Source of the DNA: Pristiophorus japonicus
Lineage: Eukaryota
Length of the DNA: 64,000 nucleotides
NCBI RefSeq assembly: GCF_044704955.1
Contig: NC_091987.1
Coordinates: 68,696,001 to 68,760,000, forward strand
Direction: 5' to 3'
Part shown: piece by piece, positions 1 to 12,729 of the stretch
How the letters are laid out: each line of letters begins with the position of its first letter
How positions within the stretch are numbered: position 1 is the first letter of the stretch
Notes under the pieces: generated by a model
Database searches by the model: none
Told to the model about the DNA's origin: nothing
The model's input: only the letters and a program-made list of their open reading frames with translations
Position numbers and translations under genes: made by a program

Positions 1-647
1 GCGACCATTCTGTAGGATCAGTAGGTCATTCCACTGTGGGGAGAAGACTTTTCCAATGGTTACTAGTGCATCCGGTTGGATGATTTAGTGCAATGTTGTC
101 ATAAACTGATAGAAGTATCTGCTAAAATAGCCCTCCGCTCTACAACATGGATCCTCCCCGTCTCACAATCTATTTCAAACAACCTTATTTGCTTTATTTG
201 TCCCCCGTTCAAATATTTACCGGACGGAAAACATTGATGATTTCCAGGGATACCTTGAGTTTAGATCAAACATTGGCTTTAAGACGCCCCATCTTTAGCT
301 TGTCTTCTTCTAACGTGCTTCACTGATTTGTACCTATTGCAATGGAATAATGATTTCTACTAAATACTGTTCGCCAGTAATTTTCCTATTTTATTTTTCA
401 TTTCATCACCACGACCTTTTTATAGCTCCATCTGCTCCTTGGTGATCTCTCTCATGACACCCTGCCAGGAGAGTTATTTTTGTAAAGAGCATTTCTGATG
501 AGCTATTTCATTGTTGGTAGAAAGAATGTTCAAATAATTCACAGTTCTTGAGTAAACTCAGCTACTTCCACAGAAAATAGTTCTATTTTAGCTTGTGTTG
601 AAATCAGCAAGAGTAACATCCTGTTTACCCCCTACTTATCCTTGTAG

Positions 648-770
648 GTTATGTGCAATTTGATAATTATTAAAGGAACAGTCTATTAAAGCTCCAAGGT
701 TGCTGAATCAATGAGTGTTAGATGATATGAAAACTATGTTGCAAAGCTCCATTACTGGTGTTAGTTTTAG
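648..770 (+). CDS. Candidate 5'UTR plus signal-peptide exon of the IGSF3-like gene (apparent 1-nt frameshift after ATG at 727)
   Basis: Acceptor cttatccttgtAG| (646-647), donor TTTAG|GTATGT (771). The phase-1 frame reads KLCCKAPLLVLVL-G and would join GMCAAQR of the 28948 exon. ATG at 727 is followed by AAAA, one A too many for that frame. Confidence 0.5.
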
Positions 771-1371
771 GTATGTGTAACACAGCAGGAGAAGCTTTTC
801 TCTTGGTCTGTCTGACTGTTTAATGCACATCCTTGTCTTGTAATCCAAATTCCAGCTTCGTGCTCATAGAACACTAGTTCCAGTTTCCATCCTAGCAGCA
901 GGACACACTCTTCAGCATGCGGTGACTATGTTGTTCGCACTGTGAAAGATTACTTAATGTTGGTACCGGGGGAGATTTTAATTAATGCCATAAGCAAAAT
1001 ATTAAAAACTTCTCAAAAATATATTATTTTACTTTTATAAAAACCGTCTCCCTCAATTAACCTGAAAAGAGTAAATGATCTTTTTCATGTGTAGATTAAA
1101 GTAGATTTTAAAAATCTGAAACAAAAACATTAGGAGAGATACACAACAGGTCTGTGAGTGTTGGAAAAAGAATTAGGTTAATGTTTCAGATGATTCTGGT
1201 TGGCATAATGTGGCATGGGCTTGGCTCATATAAATCTGGAAGATCCGAATAATATCCTGTAATTTATTGTAAGCTAAAATACTTCTTGCTTTGATTCCCG
1301 GGGGGAGATTTAGAGGTCTCCTGCTTGACAAAAATGGGGCTGTAGCCCCTCCCTGAAATTCTTCTCCAAGG

Positions 1372-2500
1372 CCTCTCCACCATCGTCCAGCTGGATGGGA
1401 CTACCCTCGCCTGGTTCTATTCTTATCTATCTAATCATAGTCCAAGAATCACCTGCAATGGCTTCTCTTCCTGCTCCCTCATCGTTACCGCTAGTGTTCC
1501 CCTAAGGACCTATCCTTGGCCCCCTCCTATTTCTCATCAATATGATGCCCCTCGGTGATATCATCCGAAAACACAGCGTCGGTATCCACATGTACGCTGA
1601 TGACACCTACCTCACCACCATTCTCTCGACCCCTTCACTATCTCTAAATTGTCAAACAGCTTATCTGATGAGCAGAAATTTCCTCCAACTAAATATTGGG
1701 AAGATCGAAGCCCATTGTCTTCGGTCCCCGCCACAAACTCCGTTTCCTAGCCACTGGCTCTCCTTAGCATCTGTCTGATGCTAAACGAGACTGTTTGCAA
1801 CGTTGGTCATATTTGACCCTCAACTGAGCTTACGACCACATATTCGAGTCATCAGTAAAACCGTCTATTTCCACCTCCATAACATCGCCTGACTCTGCCC
1901 TGCCTCAGCTCATTCGCTGCTGAAATCCTCATTCTAGCCTTTGTTATCTCTAGACTTGACTATTCCAATACACTGCTGGCTGGCCTCCCACGTTCCACTC
2001 TACGTAAATTTAAGGTCATTCAAAACTCGGCAGCCCATGTCCTAACTCGCACCAAGTCCCGCTCACTGACCTACATTGGCTCCCAGTTAAGCAACGCCTC
2101 GATTTTTAAAATTCTCATCCTTGTTTTCAAATCCCTCCATGGTCTCGCCCCTTCCTATCTCTGTAATCTACTACAGCCCCACAACCCACCGAGATATCTA
2201 AGCTCTGCTAATTTTGGCCTCCTGCACATCCCCAATTTTAATTGCTCCACCATTGGTAGCCATGCCATCAGCTGCCAAGGCTCCAAGCTCTGAAAGTCCC
2301 TCCCTAAAACTCTCCGACTCTCTACCTCTCTTTCCTCCTTTAAGACACTCCTTAAAACCTACCTCTTTGACCAAGCTTTTGATCATCTGCCTTAATTTTT
2401 CCTTATGTGGCTTGGTGTCAAATGTTCTTTTATAGCACTCCTATGAAGCGCCTTGGGACATTTTACTATGTTAAATAAAGCTATATAAATATAAGTTATT
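1372..2500 (+). mobile_element. L2 (LINE-2) 3' fragment, degenerate
   Basis: RT remnants ([25 protein letters not shown]), LHWLP-type C-terminal region and L2-like tail (gcgccttgggaca..ctatataaat..gttattg). Confidence 0.85.
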
Positions 2501-2958
2501 GATGTTTTTGTATATACTCTTTGTTATAGACATATCTGTTGATTATCTCCCTCTTTCATCTCCTCCTTCTACTTTTCTCCTCTTTCCCAATTTACTAAAT
2601 TGCCAGTTTATCTTTCAGCCTTCACTTCTGAGGAAAGGTTACACTCGCAAAACATTAATAACCTGTCTTTTCTCTTTGCAGGTGATGGCTGATCTGTGTA
2701 TTTCCAGTATTTTCTGTTTTTATTTCAGATTTCCATCATTTGCTGTTGTTTGCTTTTTCTTCCATTTTTATATTGTTTTATTGCAGGATACCATAAAGGT
2801 TTAAAATCAGTATAAGAGAAAACAAGAGAAATCAGAAAGTAGTCATTATGTATGGATTTTTTAAAAACCTGAAAATTGTAAGAGGGTGGCAAGATTGAGG
2901 GATGCAAGGTGTTCCAGTTATGGAGTCCTAGGAAGTAATGAGTGGACACACATTGGAA

Positions 2959-4685
2959 GATAAGAACATAAGGAATAGGAGCAGGAATAAGCCACACGGC
3001 CCCTCGAGCCTGCTGTGCCATTTAATACGATCATGGCTGATCTGATCATGAACTCAGGTCCACTTCCCTGCCCGCTCCCCATAACCCCTTACTCCCTTAT
3101 CGGTTAAGAAACTGTCTATCTCTGTCTTAAATTTATTCAATGTCCCAGCTTTCACAGCTCTCTGAGGCAGCAAATTCCACAGACTTACAACCCTCAGAGA
3201 GAAGAAATTCCTCCTCATCTCAGTTTTAAATGGGCGGCCCCTTATTCTAAGATTATGCCCCCTATTTCTAGTCTCCCCTAACAGTGGAAACATCCTCTCT
3301 GCATCCACCTTGTCAAGCCCCCTCATAATCTTATACATTTCGATAAGATCATCTCTCATTCTTCTGAATTCCAATGAGTCAAGGCCCAACCTCCTCAATC
3401 TTTCCTCATAAGTCAATCCCCTCATCTCCAGAATCAACCGACTGAACCTTCTCTGAGCTGCCTCCAAAGCAAGTATATCCTTTCGTAGATATGGAAACCA
3501 AAACTGTATGTAGTATTCCAGGTGTGGCCTCACCAATACCCGGTATAACTGTAGCAAGACTTCTCTGCTTTTATACTCCATCCCCTTTGCAATAAAGGCC
3601 AAGATTCCACTGCCTTCCTGATCACTTGCTGTACCTGCATACTAACCTTTTGTGTTTCATGCACAAGTACCCCCAGGTCCCGCTGTACTGCAGCACTTTA
3701 CAATTTTTCTCCATTTAAATAATAACTTGCTCTTTCATTTTTTTCTGCCAAAAATGCATGACCTCACACTTTCCAACATTATACTCCATCTACCAAATTT
3801 TTGCCCACTCACTTAGCCTGTCTATGTCCTTTTGCAGATTTTTTGTGTCCTCTTCACATATTGCTTTTCCTCCCATCTTTGTATTGTCAGCAAACTTGGC
3901 AACGTTACACTCGGTCCCTTCTTCCAAGTTGCTAATATAGATTGTAAATAGTTGGGGTCCCAGCGCTGATCCCTGCGGCACTCCACTAGTTACTGATTGC
4001 CAACCCGAGAATGACCCATTTATCCTGACTCTCTGTTTTCCGTTAGTTAGCCAATCCTCTATCCATGCTAATATATTACCCCAACCCCGTGAACTTTTAT
4101 CTTGTGCAGTAACCTTTTATGTGGCACCTTGTCAAATGCCTTCTGGAAGTCCAATTACACCACATTCACTGGTTCCCCTTTATCCACCCTGTTCGTTACA
4201 TCCTCAAAGAATTCCAGCAAATTTGTCAAACATGACTTCCCCTTCATAAATCCATGCTGACTCTGCCTGACCGAATTTTGCTTTTCCAAATGTCCTGCTA
4301 CTGCTTCTTTAATAATGGACTCCAACATTTTCCCAACCACAGATGTTAGGCTAACTGGTCTATAGTTTCTTGCTTTTTGTCTGCCTCCTTTTTTAAATAG
4401 GGGCATTACATTTGCAGTTTTACAATCTGTTGGGACTTCCCCAGAATCCAAGGAATTTTGGTAAATAGCAACCAATGCATCCACTATCCCTGCCGTTATG
4501 TCTCTTAAGACCCTAAGATGCAAGCCATCAGGTCCAGAGGATTTATCTGCCTTTAGTTCCATTATCTTACTGAGTACCACCTCCTTAGTGATTGTGTTTG
4601 TGTTAAGTTCCTCCCCCCCATAGCCCCTTAACTATCCACTGTTGGGATATTGTTAGTGTCCTCTACCGTAAAGACTGATACAAGA
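2959..4685 (-). mobile_element. CR1 LINE, 5'-truncated, frameshifted RT
   Basis: Minus ORFs NYRPVSLTSVVGK, QHGF, PQGSALGP, KFADNTK, RPHLEY. (AAGAACAT) tail at the left end. Confidence 0.92.
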
Positions 4686-4980
4686 TATAAGGGCAGGGCA
4701 GAGTATCATTAAGACCCCAATTGTGCTCCATCCTGCCTTGTGTTTGTGCTGTGGTGGGGGTTCCAAGAGTAACCTTATCGTGCAAAGGATTGCAAAATAC
4801 ACAGGCTGCAATCATAATGCCATCATTCTGCAGTCGTCATTTATTCCATCCTTGCTAACAGATTGGCACTTGCTAACAAACAGCACTGCCTTTCACTCCT
4901 AGTCTTCCTGCAGCAGCAGCTTATTGGCAACCTGAAAGCAGGGTATTCACTTCTTCCTCAACTGTTGCCAGACAACTGGC

Positions 4981-7900
4981 TACATAGAAGCATAGAAAAT
5001 AGGAGCAGTAGTAGGCCATTCGGCCCTTCAAATCTGCACCACCATTCAATATGATCATGGCTGATCCTCTATCTCAACACCATATTCCTGCTTTTTCCCC
5101 ATACCTCTTGATACCTTTTGTTTCTAGAAATCTATCTATCTCCTTCTTAAATATATTCAGTGACTTGGCCTCCAACACAGCCTTCTGTGGTAGAGAATTC
5201 CACAGGTTCACCACCCTCTGAGTGAAAAAAATCTCTCCTCATACGACAGTCCTGCCATCCTAGGAATCAGTCTGGTGAACCTTCACTGCACTCCCTCTAT
5301 GGCAAATATATCTTTTCTTAGATAAGGAGACTAAAACTGCACACAATACTCCAGGTGCGGTCTCATCAAGGACCTGTATAACTGTAGTAAGACATCCTTG
5401 CTCCTGTACTCAAATCCTCTTGCAATGAAGGCCAACATAGCATTTGCCTTCCTAACTGCTTGCTGTACCTGCATGTTTGCTTTCAATGACTGGTGTACAA
5501 GGACACTCAGGTCCCTCTCTACATCGGCACTTCCCAAGCCATCACCATTTAAATAATACTTTGTCCTTATGTTTTTCCTACCAAAGTAGATAACTTCACA
5601 TTTATCCATGTTATACTGCATCAGCCATGCATTTGCCCACTCACTCAACATATCTAAATCGCTTTGCAGCAATCGCACCTAGTTTTGTGTTGTCAGCAAA
5701 CTTGGAAATATTACATTTGGTTCCCTCATCCAAATCAGGTATATATATTGTGAATAGCTGAGGCCCAAGCACTGATCCCTGTGGTACCCCACGAGTCACT
5801 GCCCGCTACCCAGAAAAAGACCTGTTTATTCCTACTCTCTGTTTCCTGTCAGTTAACCAATCTTCAATCCATGCCAATACATTACCCCAAATCCGATGTG
5901 CTTTAATTTTGCACACTAACCTCTTAAGTGGGATCTGGAAACTGGATGGTCTATACCTGGGCAGGACCAGAACCAATGTCCTAGGGGGAGTGTTTGCTAG
6001 TGCTGTTGGGGAGAGGTTAAACTAATATGGCAGGGGGATGGAAACGTATGTAGGGAGACAGAGGGAAGTAGAATGGGGGCAGAAGCAAAAGATAGAAAGA
6101 AGAAAAGTAAAAAAGAAGAAAAGGAGGGCAGAGAAACCCAAGGCAAAAATCAAATAGGGCCACATTACAGCAAAATTCTGAAGGGGCAAAGTGTGTTTAA
6201 AAAGATAAGCCTGAAGGCTCTGTGCCTCAATGCGAGGAGTATTCGTAATAAGGTGGACGAATTAACTGCGTAGGCAGCAATTAACGAAAATGATATAATT
6301 GACATCACGGAGACATGGCTCCAGGGTGACCAAGGCTGGGAACTCAACATCCAGGGGTATTCAACATTCAGGATGGATAGACAGAAAGGAAAAGGAGGTG
6401 GAATAGCATTGCTGGTTAAAGAGGAAATTATCACATAGTAAGGAAGGACATTAGCTTGGATGATGTGGAATCTGTATGGGTGGAGCTGTAGAAGGGCAGA
6501 CAACATTAGTGGGAGTTGTGTACAGACCACCAAACAGTAGTAGTGAGGTTGGGGTCAGCATCAAACAAGAAATTAGGGATGCGTGCAATAAAGGTACAGC
6601 AGTTATCATGGGCGACTTTAATCGACATATAGATTGGGCTAACCAAACTGGTAACAATACGGTAGAGGAGGATTTCCTGGAGTGTATTAGGGATGGTTTT
6701 CCAGACCAATATGTCGAGGAACCAATTAGAGGGCTGGCCATCCTAGACTGGGTGATGTGTAATGAGAAAGGACTAATTAGCAATCTTGTTGTGCGAGGCC
6801 CCTTGGGGAAGAATGACCATAATATGGTAGAATTCTTTATTAAAATGGAGAGTGACACAGTTAATTCAGAGACTAGGGTCCTGAACTTGAGGAAAGGTAA
6901 CTTCGATGGTATGAGACGTGAATTGGGTAGAATAGACTGACGAATAATACTTAAAGAGTTGACGGTGGATAGGCAATGGCAAACATTTAAAGGTCACATG
7001 GATGAACTTCACCAATTGTACATCCCTGTCTGGGGTAAAAACAAAATGGGGAAGGTGGCTCAACCATGGCTAACAAGGGAAATTAGGGATAATGTTAAAT
7101 CCAAGGAAGAGGCATATAAATTGGTCAGAAAAGCAGCAAACCTGAGGACTGGGAGAAATTTAGAATTCAGCAGAGGAGGACAAAGGGTTTAATTAGGAGG
7201 GGGAAAATAGAGTATGAGTGGAAGCTTGCTGGGAACATAAAAACTGACTGCAAAAGCTTCTATAGATATGTGAAGAGAAAAAGATTAGTGAAGTCAAATG
7301 TAGGTCCTTTGCAGTCAGATTCAGGTGAATTTATAATGGGGAGCAAAGAAATGGCAGACCAGTTGAACAAATACTTTGGTTCTGTCTTCACAAAGGAAGA
7401 CACAAATAACCTTCCGGAAATACTAGGGGACTGAGGGTCTCGTGAGAAGGAGGAACTGAAGGAAATCTTTATTAGGCGGGAAATTGTTTGGGGGAAATTG
7501 ATGGGATTGAAGGCCAATAAATCCCCAGGGCTTGATAGGCTGCATCCCAGAGTACTTAAGGAAGTAGCCCTAGAAATAGTGATGCATTGGTGATCATTTT
7601 CCAACAGTCTATCGACTCTGGATCAGTTCCTATGGACTAGAGGGTAGCTATTGTAACACCACTTTTTTAAAAAGGAAGGAGAGAGAAAACAGGGAATTAT
7701 AGACCGGTTAGCCTGACATCAGTAGTGGGGAAAATGTTGGAATCAATTATTAAAGATGAAATAGCAGCGCATTTGGAAAGCAGTGACAGGATCGGTCCAA
7801 GTCAGCATGGATTTATGAAAGGGAAATCAAGCTTGACAAATCTTCTAGAATTTTTTGAGGATGTAACCAGTGGAGTGGACAAGGGAGAACCAGTGAATGT

Positions 7901-10350
7901 GGACTTTCGAAAGGCTTTTGACAATGTTCCACACAAGAGATTAGTGTGCAAAATTAAAGCACATGATATTGGGGGTAATGTACTGACATGGATAGAGAAC
8001 TGGTTGGCAGACAGGAAGCAGAGAGTCAGGATTAACGGGTCCTTTTCTGAATGGCAGGCAGTGACTAGTGGGGTGCCGCAGGGCTCAGTGCTGGGACCCC
8101 AGCTATTTACAATATACATCAATGATTTGGATGAAGGAATTGAGTGTAATGTCTCCAAGTTTGCAGATGACACTAAGCTGGGTGGTGGTGTGAGCTGTGA
8201 GGGGGGCGCTAAGAGGCTGCAGGGTGACTTGGACAGGTTAGGTGAGTGGGCAAATGCATGGCAGATACAGTATAATCTGGATAAATGTGAGGTTATCCAC
8301 TTTGATGGCAAAAACATGAAGGCAGAATATCATCTGAATGGCGGCAGATTAGGAAAAGGGGAGGTGCAATGAGGCCTGGGTGTCATGTTACATCAGTCAC
8401 TGAAACATGCAGGTACATCAGGCGGCGAAGAAGGCAAATGGTATGTTGGCCATCATAGCTAGGAGATTTGAGTATAGGAGCAGAGAGGTCTTACTGCAGT
8501 TGTACAGGGCCTTGGTGAGGCCTCACCTGGAATATTGTGTTCACTTTTAGTCTCCTAATCTGAGGAAGGACGTTCTTGCTATTGAGGGATTGCGGCGAAG
8601 GTTCACCAGACTGATTCCCGGGATGGCAGGATTGACATATGAGGAGAGACTGGGTCGACTGGGCCTGTATTAATTGGAATTTAGAAGGATGAGAGGGGAT
8701 CTCATAGAAACATATAAAATTCTGATGGGACTGGACAGGTTAGATGCGGGAAGAATGTTCCAGATGTTGGGGAAGTCGAGAACCAGGGGACACAGATAAA
8801 GGATAAGGGGTAAGCCATTTAGGACTGAGATGAGGAGAAACTTCTTCACTCAGAGAGTTGTTGACCTGTGGAATTCTCTACCGCTGAGTTGTTGATGCCA
8901 GTTCATTGGATATATTCAAGAGAGAGTTAGATATGGCCCTTATGGCTTAAGGGATCAAGGGGTATGGAGAGAAAGCAGGAAAGGGGTACTGAGGTGAATG
9001 ATCAGCCATGATCTTATTGAATGGTGGTGCAGGCTCGAAGGACCGAATGGCCTCCTCCCGCACCTATTTTCTATGTTTCTATGTTATCAAAGGCCTTTTG
9101 AAAATCCAAATACACTACATCTACTGATTCTCCCTTATCTATTCTTATCAGTTACATTTTCAAAAAACTCCAGTAGGTTTGTCAAACATGATTTTCCTTT
9201 CATAAATCCATGTTGACTTTGTTTAATCCCGTTGATATTATCTAAGTGCGCTGTTATCACATCCTTTATAATAGACTCCGACATTTTCCCTACTACTGAT
9301 GTCAGGCTAACCGGTCTATAGTTTTCCGTTTTCTCTCTTCCTTTTTTAAATTGTGGGGTTACATTTGCCACCCTCCAATCTGCAGGAACTGTTCCATAAT
9401 CTATAGAATTTTGGAAGATGACAACCAATGCATCTTCTATTTTCATGGCTACCTCTTTTAGTACTCTGGGATGCAGATCATCAGGCCCTGGGGATTTATC
9501 TGCCTTCAGTCCCATTAGTTTCTCCAGCACTATTTTCTTACTACTTATCATTTCCTTTAATTCCTCTTGCTCACTAGACTCTTGGCTCCCTAACATTTCT
9601 GGGACGTTATTTGTGTCCTCTTCCGTGAAGACAGAACCGAAATATTTATTTAATTGTTCTGCCATTTCCTTGTTCCCCATTACACTCCTCCCATTTCTGT
9701 CTGTAAAGGACCTGCATTGGTGTTCACTAATCTTTTTTCTTTTTATGTACTTCTAGAAACTTTTGCAGTCGGTTTTTATGTTCCTTGCAAGTTTACTCTC
9801 ATACTCTATTTTTCCCCTATTAATTAATCTCTTGGTCCTTTTTTGCTGAATTCTAAACTGCTCCCAATCCTCAGGCTTGCTACTTTTTCTGGCAACTTTG
9901 TATAACTCCTCTTTGGATCTAATACTATCCTTTCTTTTGTTAGCCATGGTTGGGACACTTTTCCTTTTGTGTTTTTACACCAGAAAGGAATGTATAACTG
10001 TTGCAATTCATACATTTGTTCCTTAAATATTAGCCATTGCATATCCACCATCATGCCTTTTAATGAATCTTCCCAATCTATCATAGCTAATTCATTCCTC
10101 ATACCTTCATAGTTTCCTTTGTTTAGATTTAGGACCCTAGTTTCGGATTGGACTACTTCACTTTCCATCTTAATAAGAAATTCAATTACGTTATGGTCAC
10201 TCTTCCCTAAAGGACCCTGCACAACAAGACTTTAATTAACCCCTTCTCATTACACAATCTAGTACCCAATCCAGGATAGCCTGTTCCCTAGTAGGCTGCT
10301 CAACATACTGGTCTAAAAAATCATCTCGTACACATTCCAGGAATACATCA
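4981..10350 (-). mobile_element. CR1 host copy split in two (4981-5933 and 9084-10350) by a younger + strand CR1
   Basis: Tail at 4981. The RT sequence ...aacctcttaagtggga (5933) resumes as ttatcaaaggcc (9084) and continues into the endonuclease C-terminus (SDHN, LDWVL). Confidence 0.88.
5934..9083 (+). mobile_element. CR1 LINE: end of ORF1 plus complete but disrupted ORF2 (APE + RT)
   Basis: LCLNARSI, VYRPP, IMGDFN, KFADDTKL motifs with stops and frameshifts. 3' (TTCTATGT) tail at about 9069-9083. Confidence 0.93.
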
Positions 10351-10354
10351 CCAG

Positions 10355-10510
10355 CAAAGAAAGAACTTATACTTATGAAGCATCTTTCACAACCGCAGGA
10401 TGCCCCAAAGCACTTCACAGCCAATTAAGTATTTTTGAGGGGTAGTGACTGTTACAATGCGGGGAAACTCCATGGCTAATTTGCACACAGCAACATCCCA
10501 AATGACAACA
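10355..10510 (-). mobile_element. SINE 3' portion with L2-type tail
   Basis: Reverse complement of the tail seen in the SINE pieces at 47176-47260 and 48140-48295. Confidence 0.6.
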
Positions 10511-10558
10511 GGAACCAGACAATACAAATAAAGAGGTCAGATGCTGCAAGACAACATT

Positions 10559-11132
10559 GGGGCAGATTTTCGGGTCTTCTGCACTCCCTTTTTTGCCCCC
10601 GAGCGGCAGCAACGGTGGAGGTTAGTTCTTCTGGGTGGGCGGTGAGCCTCCAGCGATCCCCAGCGATCCTCGGGTCCAGTTTTGCAGCGGTGCAGAGCAG
10701 CACTTCAGTAAGTGAGTTTTGACTCTTGCCTGACCTGTCCGCCCAGCAGCAGGTCCCACAGTGGGAAATCAGGCGGTGCAACGATAGCGACTGCAGAGAG
10801 GTAAATAATGGACTCCTAAGGTAAGTGCGATTGTTTTTTTTGCGATTTATGTTGTGGTGGCGTGGGCAATGTTTTGGGAATGTTTTCGTGGTTTTTTTTA
10901 AGTTTTTCTCTTTCTCCACAGGCGGTCTCTCGGAGCACTCCCAGCCCGGCTCTTTAGCTCGGGATTTTCCCATGCTAGCGCCCAAGAGAGGTGTCCAACA
11001 CCTCCCTTAGCCCTGACTCAGGGCCCAGCTGCCCAATTTTACTTACTGAAGTGCAAACTGTTCCCGGGCGCAAACTTTACCGCCCCCACCGTCATTACCG
11101 CCCCAAAAACATCAAAGCCGAAAATCCAGCCT
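10559..11132. mobile_element. Non-autonomous DNA transposon (Harbinger-type MITE)
   Basis: Imperfect TIRs ggggcagattttcgg ... ccgaaaatccagcct, the same TIR family as 18732-20193. GC-rich interior. Confidence 0.65.
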
Positions 11133-12729
11133 GATAAAATCAGAGATCAAATATAGCTAATCAGATACAGAAGTGGAGACATTGCAGATAGCCCATCGTG
11201 ACAGCAGCCAGGCATCTTTAAGGTCTCCTCTTGCAATTCCTGGCCCTGAATTTGCTTCCTCTGGAGAATGGATATGCCCAATAGCAAGATACCATGTACA
11301 GCGGGCACCTGGCCACTCCATTCAGATGTAATCCTAAAGAAGAAATGTGTATTCATTGGGGAACGGCCCAATTGAGCCCACATTTGCTGCTCTGCTTGCT
11401 GCTAGCTCGGGCACAGGCCACAAAGGAAAATCAGTCCTGTAATGTTCTGAGTGACACACCTGTTTTTTTACAGATAAATGTATAAATGGGCAGCAGGCTT
11501 CTGTGTAAGAATCGCTGTTCTCAAAAGAATCCTATTGGTATTTGCACTCAGCCTGCTGACAATTGGCAGTGTTGCCAGATCAGCTAATTTATACAAGTTG
11601 CACATTTCCGTCAAGCATTTAAAATGAAGTATAATGTAGTTTTGATACAATGTAGAGCTTCCCTTACATTGTACTTACAACAAATAGCAAAAGAGTACAC
11701 TTTTCAATATCCAAGTCATTGTTACTTTGTGCCTTTGGCAAATTAATAGCGATGTGATGAATTTGAAATCATTACTTCAGGTTCCAATTTCAGCACCTTC
11801 CATATGAGCAACGGTAAGGAGGGGTTTCTCTTGATGAATGAAGTCTGCAGCACTTTGTTCAGGATCAGATTAAAGTTACTAAATTCATCCATCCCAAAAT
11901 ACTGCCATCACTCCTGCTACCCGCTGCTGTACACCACTGCAGGTATCAGCAGAGCTTTTAATTGTTTTTTGGCTCACAAGTCAGGTTTTGAAATGTACTG
12001 GTCCTTATTCCCAAACTCTTCAGGCTTTGACTAGGTTCACAGGGCCTCAGTCGGATGTGCCAGTGTTTCAACGAAATTACTCAATTCACGCCAACTTTGA
12101 ACAGATGGTCTGATTAAAAATAAAATATGCAAATGAGCGATCTTACTCTAATGAGCTTTTGTATTTCATCAATCTATAGCAAGCTCCAAAAGTTTATACA
12201 AATATTATTTTGTTCTCAGTTTTTAAACCCTGTAAACTGGTAAAGACTGTCAGGAAGTTGGGTTGGATCCTTTTGAAAATTCAATATTATTCATGCCTCT
12301 CACATGCTTCTAACCTATATTTGTAAAATAGATTTTCAATAAATTTTAATTCTGATTATGAAGGCTTGTTTTAAAGAGATTTGAAGAGATATTTTACAGA
12401 GTCTCTGAATATAAAAAATTCACTTTTAGAAGAGTTGGCACTTAGTGACAACCTCCTGCTCTCCCTCCATCCTCCCCCCCCCCCCCCCCCCCCCCACCGG
12501 ATGACAAATGCCTCTAAAAGCTCAACACATTATCAGTTGAGAATTTGCAAGGCTTCCCAAAACTTTCTAAACAAAAGTATATTCCATGAGCACCAGAAAT
12601 ATTATTGATGCAAATCACTTGCATCTCCTCTCCTATGTATGATTTTTGAAGGAGGATTCCTCACCCCCCGCCCCCCCATACACACACACACATCACAGAA
12701 CTTTCAATCTGGAAGCTGATTATTGACTC

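Noticed and set aside
10476-10985. 169-aa ORF and similar ORFs at 58324-58898, 54637-55133, 37041-37482
   Set aside because: They lie inside GC-rich MITE or SINE sequence where stops are scarce; no domain motifs.
12474-12497. Poly-C (poly-Pro ORF) and G/C runs at about 53344, 55300 and 59710
   Set aside because: Simple low-complexity tracts with no supporting context.
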